Assembly: GCA_964016885.1 (NCBI GenBank)
Contig: OZ024760.1
Span: forward strand, 11,594,001 to 11,658,000
DNA from: Eledone cirrhosa
Lineage: Eukaryota
Reading direction: 5' to 3'
Length of the DNA stretch: 64,000 nucleotides
The first letter of the stretch is position 1. The number at the start of each line of letters is the position of its first letter. Positions 49,998 through 63,340 of the stretch are shown piece after piece. The position numbers were made by a program, and so were the translations under genes. A model generated the notes under the pieces. It had not been told where the DNA came from and did not search any database. It was given only the letters and a program-made list of their open reading frames with translations.

Positions 49998-50282
49998 TGT
50001 ATACTGTAATATAATGTTACCACCCTCATACTGTAATATAATGGTACCACCCTCATATAAACTGTAATATAATGGTTCCACCCTCATCTATAGTATATAA
50101 TGATACCCCCCTCATGTATACTGTAATATAATGGTACCACCCTCATATATATACTGCAATATAATGGTACCACCCTCATATATACTATATAATGGTACCA
50201 CCCTCATATATACTATATAATGGTACCACCCTCATATATACTATATAATGGTACCACCCTCATATATACTGTAATGTAATGG
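49998..50282. repeat. About 27-31-bp minisatellite
   Basis: Unit atactgtaatataatggtaccaccctcatat. Confidence 0.85.
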
Positions 50283-50848
50283 TTTCTGATTAATGCAGAA
50301 AGCCAGTAATTTGGGGACAAGGGAAAGTTGAGTAAATCGACCACAATATTTGACTGGAACTTTACTTTATCGACCCCGTAAGAATGAAGGGTAAAGGTGA
50401 CCTTGGCAGAATTTAAAAGCACTTTGTCCAATGGTCTACCAATTCTGCCAATCCACCAGCCTCGCTGGTACCTTACATAGTGGTTTCTGATTTAGGCACA
50501 AGGCCAACAATTTTGGAGCAGGTGAAAGGCAATTAAATCAACCCTAGTGTGAGACTGGTACTTTATTTTACCAATCCTGTAAGGATGAAAGGCAAAGCTA
50601 ACCTGAGCGGGATTTGAACTGAGAATGTGAAGGGATGTAACTATATGCCATAAAGCATGTTGTCCGAAATACTACCAATTCTGCCAATCCACCACCCTTG
50701 GCAGTGCTTTACATAATGATGGAGTAAACTGGGAAGTTGTAATGTACTGAACTTTCACCCTGAAGCATTTGTTACGGACAAGAAAACTGAAAAGGGGTGT
50801 CTTTGGTTGTATCGAAGACAGGACAACTTCACTAGTCCAGTTGACCCG

Positions 50849-51162
50849 CAACCAAATACACCCAGTGTACTTTAGAGAGTGTAGGAACATATTGTAACCA
50901 AGATGTCAGTCCCTTCCTTAATCCAGCCCGTCTGAAAGGCCAGTGGCTCTGTTTCCACAACCAAATACACCCAGTGTACTTTAGAGAGTGTAGGAACATA
51001 TTGTAACCAAGATGTCGGTCCCTTCCTTAATCCAGCCCGTCTGAAAGGCCAGTGGCTCTGTTTCCACAACCAAATACACCCTGTACACTTTCCAGTGTAC
51101 AGGAGTGTAACCAAGATGTCGATCTCTCCCCAGCCCACCTATGAAGGCCAGTGGCTCTGTTT
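50849..51162. repeat. About 108-bp tandem repeat, about 3 copies
   Basis: caaccaaatacacccagtgtac...aggccagtggctctgtttc repeated. Confidence 0.85.
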
Positions 51163-51410
51163 AAGTACTGATTAGGTCTATGATGACATGTCAAACTTTT
51201 GCTAGCAGAGAAAATGGATGTTAAATGATAACTAAGAACCAATCTGATAGAAACGGTACAACTGAATTTCCCTTTCTGTTCCCCTCCTCAGACTCACTCC
51301 CCTCACCCAAAGTCTTCCATCATTGCCCTCATCACAATGCAGGTTCAAAAGGGCTCCTTTGTCATGTGGCATACAAGGCAACCTCAGCCATCACCTGTGC
51401 ACAAATGCTA

Positions 51411-51722
51411 CAATAGAATGCACCCAGTTCACTCTGTAAAACCTGAAGAACATCCAGTTATAGAAACCATACCAGCAATAGAATGCACCCAGTTCACTCT
51501 GTAAAACCTGAAGAGCATCCAGCTATAGAAACCATACCAGCAATAGAATGCACCCAGTTCACTCTGTAAAACCTGAAGAACATCCAGCTATAGAAACCAT
51601 ACCAGCAATAGAATGCACCCAATTCACTCTGTAAAACCTGAAGAACATCCAGCTATAGAAACCATACCAGCAATAGAATGCACCCAGTTCACTCTGTAAA
51701 ATCTGAAGAGTATCCAGCTATA
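51411..51722. repeat. 65-bp minisatellite, about 5 copies
   Basis: Unit caatagaatgcacccagttcactctgtaaaacctgaagaacatccagctatagaaaccataccag; resembles the SINE family 2 3' region. Confidence 0.9.
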
Positions 51723-52250
51723 GTAAAACCATACAAACAATGAAACACATTAGCAGTGTGCAGATAAGACACACCACCTAGACTGGGCTGTCATCCCCAC
51801 CCCCCACCTTCACCTTCACTTCCTTACTTTCACCTGACTGGGTTGCCATCCCCACCCCACTTACCTTCACTCTTTAAATTTTTGATTAAGTTTCTCTTTT
51901 TTTTCTTCTTTTTTTTACTCTGCAAACACAAAAGGTCCCAACCCAGACGGAGAGATACATGTGGTGTTGTGGTGTCAAATGGCTATGAACTGCCAGGTAA
52001 GGAGACACCAGGTAGACATGACTGGTGTCTCTTTACCAACCACACCCAGCCACACAATTTTACCTCTATTTATCAACATATGTTACCTACCTACCAACAC
52101 GCCTAATAAATTTCATTTAACACTGCTTGTTGTCTTCCCTGCTACCCACAGACTGTTCCATTGCTTTGTTAAACCACAAGATATTTCGCAACAGATGTAT
52201 ACAGTGTTCATGTTGTTGTTGTTGTTGTTACAGCTCACTCTTATGTAAGT

Positions 52251-52558
52251 TTAACCTTTTAGTTACCAACTCGACCAAAACCAGCTCTGGTTCTATGAAA
52301 TAAAATCACCCATTTTAAAGGTTTCCAATTTAAATTTAAATCTTCCAACATAATTTTATATAAGAACCTTCCCACCCTTGCAAGCAGAGAAAAGCGGATG
52401 TAAAATGATGATGATGATGATGATGATGATGATGGCTTACATTAAATTACTATCTTAGTAATGAAATAATGAATAATTTTAGTAATTTCCTAAAAATTCT
52501 TGATTAATTAATTAAAATAAAGTGTATTTTATTAGAAATACAGTCATGAAAGAATTAA
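52251..52558 (+). mobile_element. TTAA-flanked piggyBac-like MITE (with SINE-tail insert)
   Basis: TTAA-CCTTTTAGTTACC ... AGTCATGAAAGAA-TTAA; an inverted sister copy at 53225-53449. Confidence 0.65.
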
Positions 52559-53224
52559 CTGGCCTCCTTCAAGTTTTCATAGGTGTTTTAATGATAGAGG
52601 ACCCAGTCCTTATCAACACAGAATATTTTTGTTATACATCACACCTATGAGGGTTTGGCCTCCTTCAAAGTTGTATCTTCGTAAGGGGTTTCTCAAGTGT
52701 TTTAACGATAGGGGGCCCCAGTCCTATCATATTGGTTATTACAGCTCACACCTATGTAGGTTTAGATGGCCTCATCCAAGATTTCTCAGGTGTTTTAACG
52801 ATAGGGAACCTCAATCCCATCATATTGTTGCTACAGCTCACCCCTATGTAGGTTTAGCTGGACTCATCAAAGGTTTCTCTTGTATTTTAATGATAGGGGA
52901 CCCCCCAGTTCTATCATATCGTTGTTACAGCTCACCCCTATGTAGGGTTAACTGACCTCATCCAAGATGGCACCTCATAGGCAGTTTCTCAGATGTTTTA
53001 ATGATAGAGACCCCAGTTTTACATCGTTTTTACAACTGAGTTTTCTCAAGTGTTTTAATGATAGGGACCCCAGTCCTGTTACATGCACATAGCTGGGTAA
53101 CAGACCACCTAACCAGGCAATTAAATCACTGTCACTGTCAACCTACTTGTATCAACAAAGATACCTCTACATGCTAGCCTAACCTGTTAGAAGTAGCAGC
53201 TAAATCTCCCTCAAACCACACCTA

Positions 53225-53449
53225 TAATCCTTTCATGACCACATTTCTAATGAAATACACTTTACTTTGATTAATTAATGAAGAATTTTGAGGGGTTTAC
53301 TAAAATTATTAAATTACTAAGATAGTAACTTAATGTAAGGTTCTTATATAAAATTATGTTGCAAGATTTTAATTTAAATAGGAACCCTTGAGTGGTTTTA
53401 TTTCATAGAAACAGAGCTGGTTTTAGCAGGGGTGGTAACTAAAGGGTTA
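53225..53449 (-). mobile_element. TTAA-flanked piggyBac-like MITE
   Basis: taaTCCTTTCATGACC ... GGTAACTAAAGGG-TTAA. Confidence 0.65.
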
Positions 53450-53992
53450 AAAACACATGTTGAATGAGTAATTCAACATAGCAACTCATCTGTAGAAATA
53501 TTTTCCTTCAGTGACTAATATTCCTCATGTGCTTCCTTTTGCGGGTAAGATGCCAGTTTTTAGAATAGGTAAACCATATCCCTGCATGTCATTAGGGGTG
53601 ACTCAAAGGGCATCTGGCCATAATACATTGCCTCAAAACACCCCCGTCCAAACTGAGTATTAGAGGATTCAGAAGTAATGTGCAGGAGAGGAGGCTGCAT
53701 TGGTATGGAGATGTGATGCACATGGGTGATGGTGGCTGGGTGAAGAAGTGCCAGGAAATGATGCTGATGAGTACAGTGGTTGGTGATGGAAAGGGTATTT
53801 AGATGTAGAAAACCTGCCAAACAAATGGGTTGAGAAGGCCTCAACTACTCCAAGGACAGGACAACTTCCCTAGTGTTGGTGCCTTAATAAAATAGACTCG
53901 GGGAAAGTGTGAGATCATACGGGCCTCCCTTTTGGTGGGGAAGATGCCAGTCTTTAGATAGGTAAACCACATCCCTGCATGTCATTAGTGAA

Positions 53993-54330
53993 AGCACGTG
54001 GCTTAGTGGTTAGAGAGTTGGATTCGCAATCGTGAGGTTGAGTTCAATTCTCAGACCGGGTGATGCGTTGTGTCCTTGAGCAAGACACTTTATTACACGC
54101 TGCTCCTCCTGCTGCCAGGAGTTGCGATCGGCAGATAGTATCAGCAATGGAAAGACCAATGGAAACATTGTTTCCTTGGACCTATTTGATGAGGTCCACC
54201 CCCAACTCAACAAGCAAATGATGTCTGGGATCAAAGTGAGCAAAGGGTTGGCGTCACAAAAGGGATCTGGTTATAAAACATTGCCTCAGACCGTCCCTCA
54301 TCCAGCCCATGCCACCATGGAAAAGTGTGA
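53993..54330 (+). mobile_element. tRNA-derived SINE, family 2-related subfamily
   Basis: Same head type with a different body (agatagtatcagcaatggaaagaccaatggaaac). Related copies at about 5107-5320, 36338-36555 and 38460-38600 (-). Confidence 0.8.
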
Positions 54331-54343
54331 GATCATATGTCGT

Positions 54344-54642
54344 ATTAACAGAGGAACTGACCAGGCTAACTTCTGTACTAACAGAGGAACTGACCAGGCT
54401 AACTTCTGTACTAACAGAGGAACTGACCAGGCTAACTTCTGTACTAACAGAGGAACTGACCAGGCTAACTTCTGTATTAACAGAGGAACTGACCAGGCTA
54501 ACTTCTGTATTAACAGAGGAACTGACCAGGCTAACATCTGTACTAACAGAGGAACTGACCAGGCTAACATCTGTATTAACAGAGGAGAGGAACTGACTAG
54601 ACTAACTTCTGTACTAAACAGAGGAGCTTCTGTATTAACAGG
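54344..54642. repeat. 30-bp minisatellite, about 9 copies
   Basis: Unit taacagaggaactgaccaggctaacttctg(ta). Confidence 0.9.
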
Positions 54643-54840
54643 GGAAATGTCCTCCTTAAAACAGTTGTAGTAGTAGCAGTAGACCCCAATGTGCAGAGTT
54701 TAGATTTGATTTACAACACTAAATCACAACAGATCAGATCAACCACTGTAATTCTTAATCACTCCATCATTTCAGATATATAGTCCATGTCTTAAAGATC
54801 TCACATTACACCAGACACAAAGAATTACACACACATAAAA

Positions 54841-54871
<31 letters not shown>

Positions 54872-55235
54872 GAAAGAATGAGAGAGAGAGAGAGATAAAG
54901 GGGTCAAGAGTTATTTTTCTAAACAATAAAATATAGAAGAGGGGTTTAAACAGGGGATGTAAATCTTCCCATTTCCACCTACATTATCCTATTTACATAT
55001 ACAAACTCTGTAACTTACAATAAAATCATTGAAGTGTATATGTGTGTGTGTGTGTGTATGCATATATATATGTTATGAACACCTTCTCCCAACAACCATC
55101 CATAAAATTATATATATATATATATATAGAGAGAGAGACACATAAATAGATGAACTTAAAAAAAAATAAATATATATATATATACACACACAAAGACAAA
55201 TAGAAGATAATTAAGTGTATATATGTACATGTGGG

Positions 55236-55270
<35 letters not shown>

Positions 55271-55289
55271 ATAGATATATATATAGATA

Positions 55290-55489
55290 TAGGAACGAGT
55301 AGGACCCCGACGGCTGAGCTCAAGCCGTTTCGATGGCTAATTCTGGACTAGTCCAGAATTAGCCGTCGAAACGGCTTGAGCTCAGCCGTCGGGGTCCTAC
55401 TCGTTCCTATTACCCACTCTACTAACCTAAGTATTGAGTACTTTGGTGCGTTATGGTCCACCTAGTTCCTTACCACATTTCCTTCGTTA
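55290..55489 (+). mobile_element. Palindromic (TA)n-embedded element, family A (TBPL1 intron 1)
   Basis: Near-perfect arms of about 60 bp centred on CTAG (55348-55351), plus the tail. Confidence 0.8.
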
Positions 55490-55985
55490 TATATATATAT
55501 ATATATATATATGCATAAAGACAAATATACGAACCTAATTAAGTGTATATGTTTATATGTGTGTATATATATATACACACACATATAAATACATATTATA
55601 CACATTGTCTATGTGTATATATATATATATATATATATAGACAAATATACGAAGCTAATTAGTTTTCCCACCATGGACCCTGAAGTCAACATAACAGTTT
55701 ACACATGGCTGTGTGTCGAACAGGGATACCAGAAACATGGAGAATGAGCTCTACTTTATAAACTGGGGTCTTTACGGGAGTCGATAAAATAAAGTACCAG
55801 TAATACACTCTGGGTCTATTGAATCGACTTTCTTCTCACCCAAAATTGATGACCTCGTGCCTAAATCAGAAATTATTATTATTATTATTACTAGTAGTAG
55901 TAGTAGTAGTAGTAGTAGTTTCAGGGAAGTGGTTTGATATATCGTTAGGGCACATGGCTGCAGATTTGATACGGTGTGTAGATGT

Positions 55986-56070
<85 letters not shown>

Positions 56071-56316
56071 TGTGTGTATATATATTAATATATATAGATA
56101 GATAGATAGATGTGTGTGTATATATTCATATATATATATATAGATAGATATATGTCTGTGTATATATTAATATGTGTTTGTATATATTAATATATATATA
56201 TATAGATATATGTGTGTGTATATATTAATATATATAGATATATGTGTGTATATATATATATACACACAATTATTGTGAGCTTCACGCTCACAATAATTTC
56301 TACACTTTCATTTATA

Positions 56317-56369
<53 letters not shown>

Positions 56370-56853
56370 ATAGATAGATATGTGTATTTGTGTGTGAATA
56401 TAAATATATATAATATATATATATATATGTAGAGAGAGAGAGAGATGTGTGTGTACAAATAAACACGATCTATATATATACATACATACATACATACATA
56501 TAAATGAAAATCTATACATACATATATATACATACATATAAATGAAAATATATACATACATATACATACATACATATATATGAAAATATATACATACATA
56601 TATATACATACATACATATATATATATATACACACATTTCATAATGAATTATAAATATTATAACCCATACTAGCATAGAAAAATTGGCGATAGACGATGA
56701 TGATGATATGTAGATATATATATGTATGTATGTATGTGTGTGTATATGTGTATGTGTATGTATATATGTGTGTGTATATATGTGTATGTATGTATATATG
56801 TGTATGTGTGTGAAAGAAAGAGAGAGAGACAAAAGAAAGGTTATACAACTTAC

Positions 56854-57294
56854 CCCATTCTCTCTCCTATATTCCACGTGCAGGCCCTCCATGGCGATTT
56901 TCTTAAGGTTCAGGTGACATCGGGTGTTGAAACTACACACCACGTTGTTAATTATAATGTCTACAATAGGTTGGTCGTCCTCGGACACTGCGGTCTCCGG
57001 TTCGGGTCCCATTCCTTCCTGCTGCTGCTGCTGTTGGCTGTGATGATGATGATGGTCTGACGATATAATGTCTGTACAGTTGTTATGTTGTTCTCCTTCT
57101 TTACAGTTGATGGCGGTTGTGGTGGTGGCGGTGGTGGTGGTTGCGGTGGTCATAGTTGATAGGGATGTTGTTGTTGTATCAGTGCTGTTGTTGTTGTTGT
57201 TGCTGCTGCTGGTGGTGGCCAGGCCCAGTAAAGAGGAAGAGGAAGTGAACGATGTGTTGTTGCCGGTGAAGTGACTGCCCAGGGGAGAAGCCAT
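56854..57294 (-). CDS. TBPL1: TBP-like protein 1 (TRF2/TLF), coding exon 1
   Basis: ATG at 57294. A low-complexity N-terminus is followed by DIIINNVVCSFNTRCHLNLKKIAMEGLHVEYRRENG (start of TBP repeat 1). Ends at a GTAAG donor, phase 0, 441 nt. Confidence 0.92.
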
Positions 57295-60179
57295 TTATAT
57301 CTATGTAATTCATACAACAGGAGACGAGTGAGTGGCAAGGATTAGAGAGAAATCACAGTCACCACTCTGTCACTCAGTAAACGCTAAATAAACGCGTGCA
57401 TCTATATATATTTCTGTCTATTATATACATATATATATATATATATGTATATATATATGTTGTGTGTGCATCTATATATATTTGTGTCTATTATATATAT
57501 ATATATGTTGTGTGCGTGCATCTATATATATGTATATATTATGTATATGTTATGTGTGTGCATCTATATATATGTTGTGTGTGTGTGTGCATCTATATAT
57601 ATTTCTGTCTATTATATATATATATATATATGTTGTGTGCGTGCATCTATATATATGTATATATTATATATATGTTATGTGTGTGCATCTATATATATGT
57701 TATGTGTGTGCATCTATATATATATGTTATGTCTGCATCTATATATATTTGTGTCTATTATATATATATATGTTTGTGTGCATCTATATATATGTGTCTA
57801 TTATATATATATATGTTGTGTGTGTGCATCTATATATATGTATATATATATGTGTGTGTTATATGTCTACAGTTATCTCTACATGTGTTTGCATCTATAT
57901 ATATATAAATTATGTCTTTATATATGTGTATAAATTATGTGTATATATATATATAAATAATTTATATATATATATATACTCTGAACTTCCCGAAAAATGT
58001 AGAATAAGTCAAAATTTTATCGACTATATGTGTGTGCATCTATATATATTTATTTGTCTTTCTATATATATATGTGTGTGTGCATCTATGTGTGTATATA
58101 TATATATTTATTTGTCTTTATATATGTGTGCATCTATGTGTATATATATATTTATGTCTTTATATAAATGTGCATCTGTGTATATATATATATATATGTG
58201 TGCGTGTGTGTGCATCTATGTATATATATATATATTTGTCTTTATATAAATGTGTGCATCTATGTGTATGTATATATATTTATATATATGTGTGTGCATC
58301 TATGTGTATATATATTTATTTGTCTTTATATATATATATATGTGTGCATCTATGTGTATATATATATATATTTATTTGTCTTTATATATATATATATGTA
58401 TGTGTGCATCTATGTGTATGTATATATATTTATTTGTCTTTATATATATATAAATGTGTGCATCTATGTGTATGTATATATATTTATATATATATGTGTG
58501 TGTGCATCTATGTGTATATATATATATTTATTTGTCTTTATATATATATATGTATGTGTGCATCTATCAATATATGTCTATGTGTGTACTTTGCTATATC
58601 TCTCTATAATATGTTATACAGTAAACCGAGTTGTAGCTATTGTTTTAACGGTAGTTTCCTGAAGGGAGTGTTTCTTAATGATGTCTTCTTTGTTACTTGT
58701 CTTGTTTTTCTCTCTTTCAATGTCGTATAATGGAAATATTAAAATATCTTAAGACATATACATAAATACAAACACACTAATGGAGTCATGCAAATAATGA
58801 AAGACTTAATTTAACGCTAGAGCACACAAACACCTATATATATATGTCAATGTGAGGGGGGTATATATATATGAACTGTGTTGAATATATATATTTGTGT
58901 GGGTATATATATATATATATGAACCTTGTTGAAGATTATATATACATATTTATTTGTGTGTGAGGGTATATATATTTATAAACTGTGTTGAAGATAACTA
59001 TATATATATATATATATATATAGGGAGATGAGTGAAGGAGGGTGTAGTATAATGTAGTGGCGTATAGTAAGGTCCTGAATAAAAAAATAAAAGGGAGAGA
59101 CTCGTGTTGTGTGGAGGGAAAAAAAGTGGTAAGAAGAGAGAATAGATTTTATGGGGGTATTTTACAGAAAACAAACACAACTAAAGTAAAATAAGAATAT
59201 AGGGAAGCATGGAAGAAAGATATAAAGATGAGAAAAAAATGGAAGTGGATGAATAATAATATAATTGTGGACGGAGAAATATATTTGTATGGAAGCGTAT
59301 AAAAGAATAATTGTAATATTGTTTTATGGCAGTTGATGTTTGTGGTTCCTTTTTATGTCTTGTCTATTTATCGTTCTATATGTCTAATAAAGAAATCTTT
59401 CAATCTATTTATCTTTCGACTTCTTTGTCCTGTATTTTGTCTTTCATTTTCTTTCCTTCTGAGAAAGAGAGAAAAAATAGACACGGAAGGAAGGTTGGAG
59501 GAAAAAATATTTAAAAACAAAGAAGAGTCGAATTTATAAATGTAAATGTAATGGTGTGATGTGTGTCTTGTTTGTTGGTGGTTAGGTTTTTAAAGACGTT
59601 GTTAGATATTAAACTTAAAATAATGTTATATGTGTGTTTATCCACCTTTGTATTTATATATATATATATATATATATAATTGTGTTGTGTTAGTTGGTGT
59701 TTGTAAGATATCGATGTGATTCTATAGCTGTTTCATGTGTGTATATATATATGTATATGAACAATTAATTGTTAAAGTTTGAATGTGGTGTCGTGTTAAG
59801 GGGTTTGTGTGTGTATATATATAATATATGTGTGAGCTTATATGTTATGTATATGTGTCTGCTTGTATGTTGTATATATACATATATATATATATAGTGT
59901 GGTGGTGTGTAGATTTAGATTTATATATATATATATATACAGACTTATGTGTTATCTGGTTTGTTTGTAATAGGATGTGTTAAAATGTACATGCTCTTAC
60001 GAACTTTCAGAAGTAGAAGCATTAAACAGTAAATGATTTATATTTATATATATATTATTATTAGTTGTAGTAGTAACCATTATTAACAATAATTATATTA
60101 TAGTTTTATAATTTACAAAGGTTTACAGGGGGAAAATGGGGGGGAATGCTGAAGTGAGAGAAGAAAGGATTTGTTAAAA

Positions 60180-60430
60180 GCAAAACTCATGTATAGGCAC
60201 CGATGAGAAGCGAAGAAGTTTCGGTTTGGCTTGGCATAAAAGAGAAACAACATCACTGGTTCCAATGGAAGCGGTTAGCGTCACCGACAACATGGTTTCT
60301 CAAGAAAAAGGTGTGAGCAGGGTCGCCTCTCTAAGACAGAAGCAGTAACTCATGGTTAGCCGCCATTTTGACTCGCTCGACTCCCGTCTCACAGATCAAC
60401 CAATTAGAGGAGACTTGCGTATCAAGGGCA
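60180..60430 (-). promoter_or_regulatory. Candidate TBPL1 promoter / 5' UTR exon region
   Basis: Unique, relatively CpG-containing stretch upstream of the CDS. It has a YY1-like CGCCATTTTG (60361-60370) and CCAAT boxes. A possible minus-strand GTAAG donor lies at 59996-60000 and an AG acceptor at 57301-57302. Confidence 0.35.
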
Positions 60431-61229
60431 GAGCACTCTTGACAGAACACTACTTCCCCTTTGATGAGTAATCATATCACTACCATGTGACTGAATCCCT
60501 TTTTTCTCTCCCAAAGAACCCTTATTTTTGTTTTATTTTATTTTATAGGTGTTCGTTGTGGGATTTTTTTTTCTTTTTCGTTATTCGTTTATTTATTTCC
60601 TTGCTCCTCCTGTTACAAATTATTCCCGAAGGACGAAGATGACAGGAAATTGTGACGCCGTTTTATGGCTTCAGTATTAGGAAATACCCAACTGATATAT
60701 ATAACACCCATTCTAATATATATATATATATATATTCATTGTATTAAGGCTAAATAGTGAGGTTGGAGTTTCTGGTTATGCGAAACTCAAAAGTAACAAT
60801 ACTCACTATTTAGCCCCTTAAAAACGAATATTTAAAACTCTACTTCGGTATTCAGTAGTCTTTTCTCTCGGCCTTCAACTAGATACAGATATATATATTT
60901 GAAAAAAAAATGACAGGATGATCACGACTGGAACATCTTTAATAGGTTTCTTCGACCTTTCCTTTTTACGGTGTTATCTAAACTCAGAGCGCGAAGACCC
61001 GAAAGAGATGCTGTAAAACATTTTATCCGACGCTCAAATGGTGGAATTCCTTTCCATTGTCAGAAACTGAAAATGTATGGTGTTATTGTTGGTGGTGGTC
61101 CTCCGTCGGCTTCGACGTTGGGTGTTCCAACTGTAGCAACGTGAAATAAAGTGACTTGCTCAAGGACAATTCACTCACCACCGAACCGAGAACCAAATAT
61201 TATTTGCTCAGATAAATCGATTCCTGTTC

Positions 61230-61550
61230 CTATCTTGTAAATGCAACATCGATGAATTCCAAGTGTAAATCAAATTGAAGATAGCGTTTGGCTTGTACGC
61301 CTACCTCGTTTCTTCTGGTTACTGAATGTTGAAGCTGGCACATCACTGCACCAACTGTTGCAATTATTGCACTTAATTCAGCCGTCTCTGCATTCCATCA
61401 CTCGTGAACACAGCCCCGGGATACTTGACTTCTCCACCTGCTTCAGTGGAACTCCATTCACGTGTAGAATGCACTGCGCAGGCTTCCTTGAAAGAACGAC
61501 TGTCTCGTTTTCGCAGCACTGGTTTTCATTCCAACCATGCAGCACTCAAT
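61230..61550 (-). mobile_element. Degenerate RTE-like LINE RT fragment
   Basis: Minus-strand remnants GMKTSAAKT... and SRKPAQCILHVNGVPLKQVEK with frameshifts. Confidence 0.65.
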
Positions 61551-61930
61551 ATCAAACCTATCAAGTGCAAGTCGAAAATCATCTTCAATCGAATTAAGTA
61601 ACACCATAGATCGAACCACGTTATTTAATACTTTCTCATTATTTCATGACGATAAGTTCTATTTTGAGGAAGATTTGGAAAAAGAAACGGTGCAGTTATT
61701 AATAAAAAAAAATTTGAAATTAACGCTTGCAAGGTTTCACAGCTCTAGCATCACTCTTTCATAGTCAGCCGACGACCAAGATACTCTCATGGAATGACTA
61801 AATGAGATTTATTTTTCAACATAGTTCTTGGAAAGAAACAATGCAGTTATTAATAAGAAGAGTTGAAAGTAATGCAAAATTTCACCGCTCTAGCATCATT
61901 TATTCATAGTCAGCCTATGAACTTTTCAGT
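61550..61930. mobile_element. Dispersed DNA-transposon-like (mariner-like) fragment with internal duplication
   Basis: tttcacagctctagcatcactctttcatagtcagcc occurs twice here and in reverse at about 26435-26475. Confidence 0.45.
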
Positions 61931-63116
61931 ATAAGTATTTTGAGGAAGATTTATACCTCAGTTAGTTGCTATTATTTAGCCCCAGGTCAGCCCTACCGAA
62001 GAGAAATACGATAGTGATACTAGCTGTTATTTCTAGCACAGATGACAACTAGCTATAGGATCAGTTGCACGCAAAATACATGTAATGACCTCTACAGGCT
62101 GATAATGAGTAATATGTTGTGCGTTTAGCTGTTATTTCTGTTATGGTGACCACATATAGGATTACAGCTAACAAACTACCCGTAGTGACCTCTAGGGGGT
62201 GAATTGTCACCTAACGATATGATCAAGGGAGATAACTAACTACTACATAGAATAATTGTGATTAACAATTCAGCCACCAGAGGTCGCTACATGTATTTTA
62301 TGGACCATAGTCCTATATGTGGTCACCATTATAAACAGAAATAACAGCCAAGTCCATCACATATTACACATCATCAGCCACCAGAGGTCGCTACATGTAC
62401 TTTATGTGCCGTAGTCCTATAGCTGGTTGTTCTCAGTGTTAGAAATAACAACTAAATCCATCACGTGTTATATCCTTCTGTCTTGAAAAATAAAATTTAA
62501 AAAACAAATTTATATAAAGTCTGCTGAACAATATTTCTAATTTAAGCAGAAGACTAGAAATTTAGTGGGGGAAATCGATTAAATTTGACCAGGAATTGAT
62601 TGATAACTTTTATCGATTTTGAAAGAATGAAAGTTAAAAGTTTTAATTTTTACAACCACATGGAGGCGATATATTTATAATTTTCCTAATGGTTTTTCTT
62701 GTTTTTAACAAGTCTAAACTCCAAAACAGTGGGAAATTATTTAATTTTTGGTTATCGGTGACTAAAAAAAAAAACGAATAATCTCTGACGGTTTTGAAGG
62801 AAAAATATAAATAAAGACAGGTGTAATTGTAAAAAAAAATTGTTTTTTTTTCCCGTTTAAGTTAGTTTTCAGTTTTTTCTTTATACCATACATTGTTTCT
62901 ATCCCCTCCTTCTCTTTCATTAGTAAGATTTTATCTCGTATGTTTTATTTTATTTTGTATATTTGTGTTATGTACTGGATAATTGTTGGCCTTGTGCCAA
63001 AAGTAGACAATAATTATATTTATACAACTGTAAATAAAATACCCAGTGTTTATTTATATACCAGAGAGTGAAAATATATAACAACGTTGGAAAAAGGTTT
63101 ATATATGTATATGGAT

Positions 63117-63146
<30 letters not shown>

Positions 63147-63147
<1 letters not shown>

Positions 63148-63340
63148 ACGAAGGAAATGTGGTTAGGAACCAGGTGGACCATAACGCACCAAAGTACTCA
63201 ATACTTAGGGTAGTAGAATGGGTAATAGAAACAAGTAAGACCCCCGACGGCTGAGCTCAAGCCGTTTCGACGGCTAATTCAGTCCAGAATTAGCCGTCGA
63301 AACGGCTTGAGCTCAGCCGTCGGGGGTCTTACTTGTTCCT
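63147..63340 (-). mobile_element. Palindromic (TA)n-embedded element, family A
   Basis: Same palindrome and tail, with (TA)n on both sides. Confidence 0.8.

Noticed and set aside
44599-57294. Canonical TBP
   Set aside because: Diagnostic residues (IWSSGK, YEPELHP, no YNPKRF) match the TBPL1/TRF2 subfamily.
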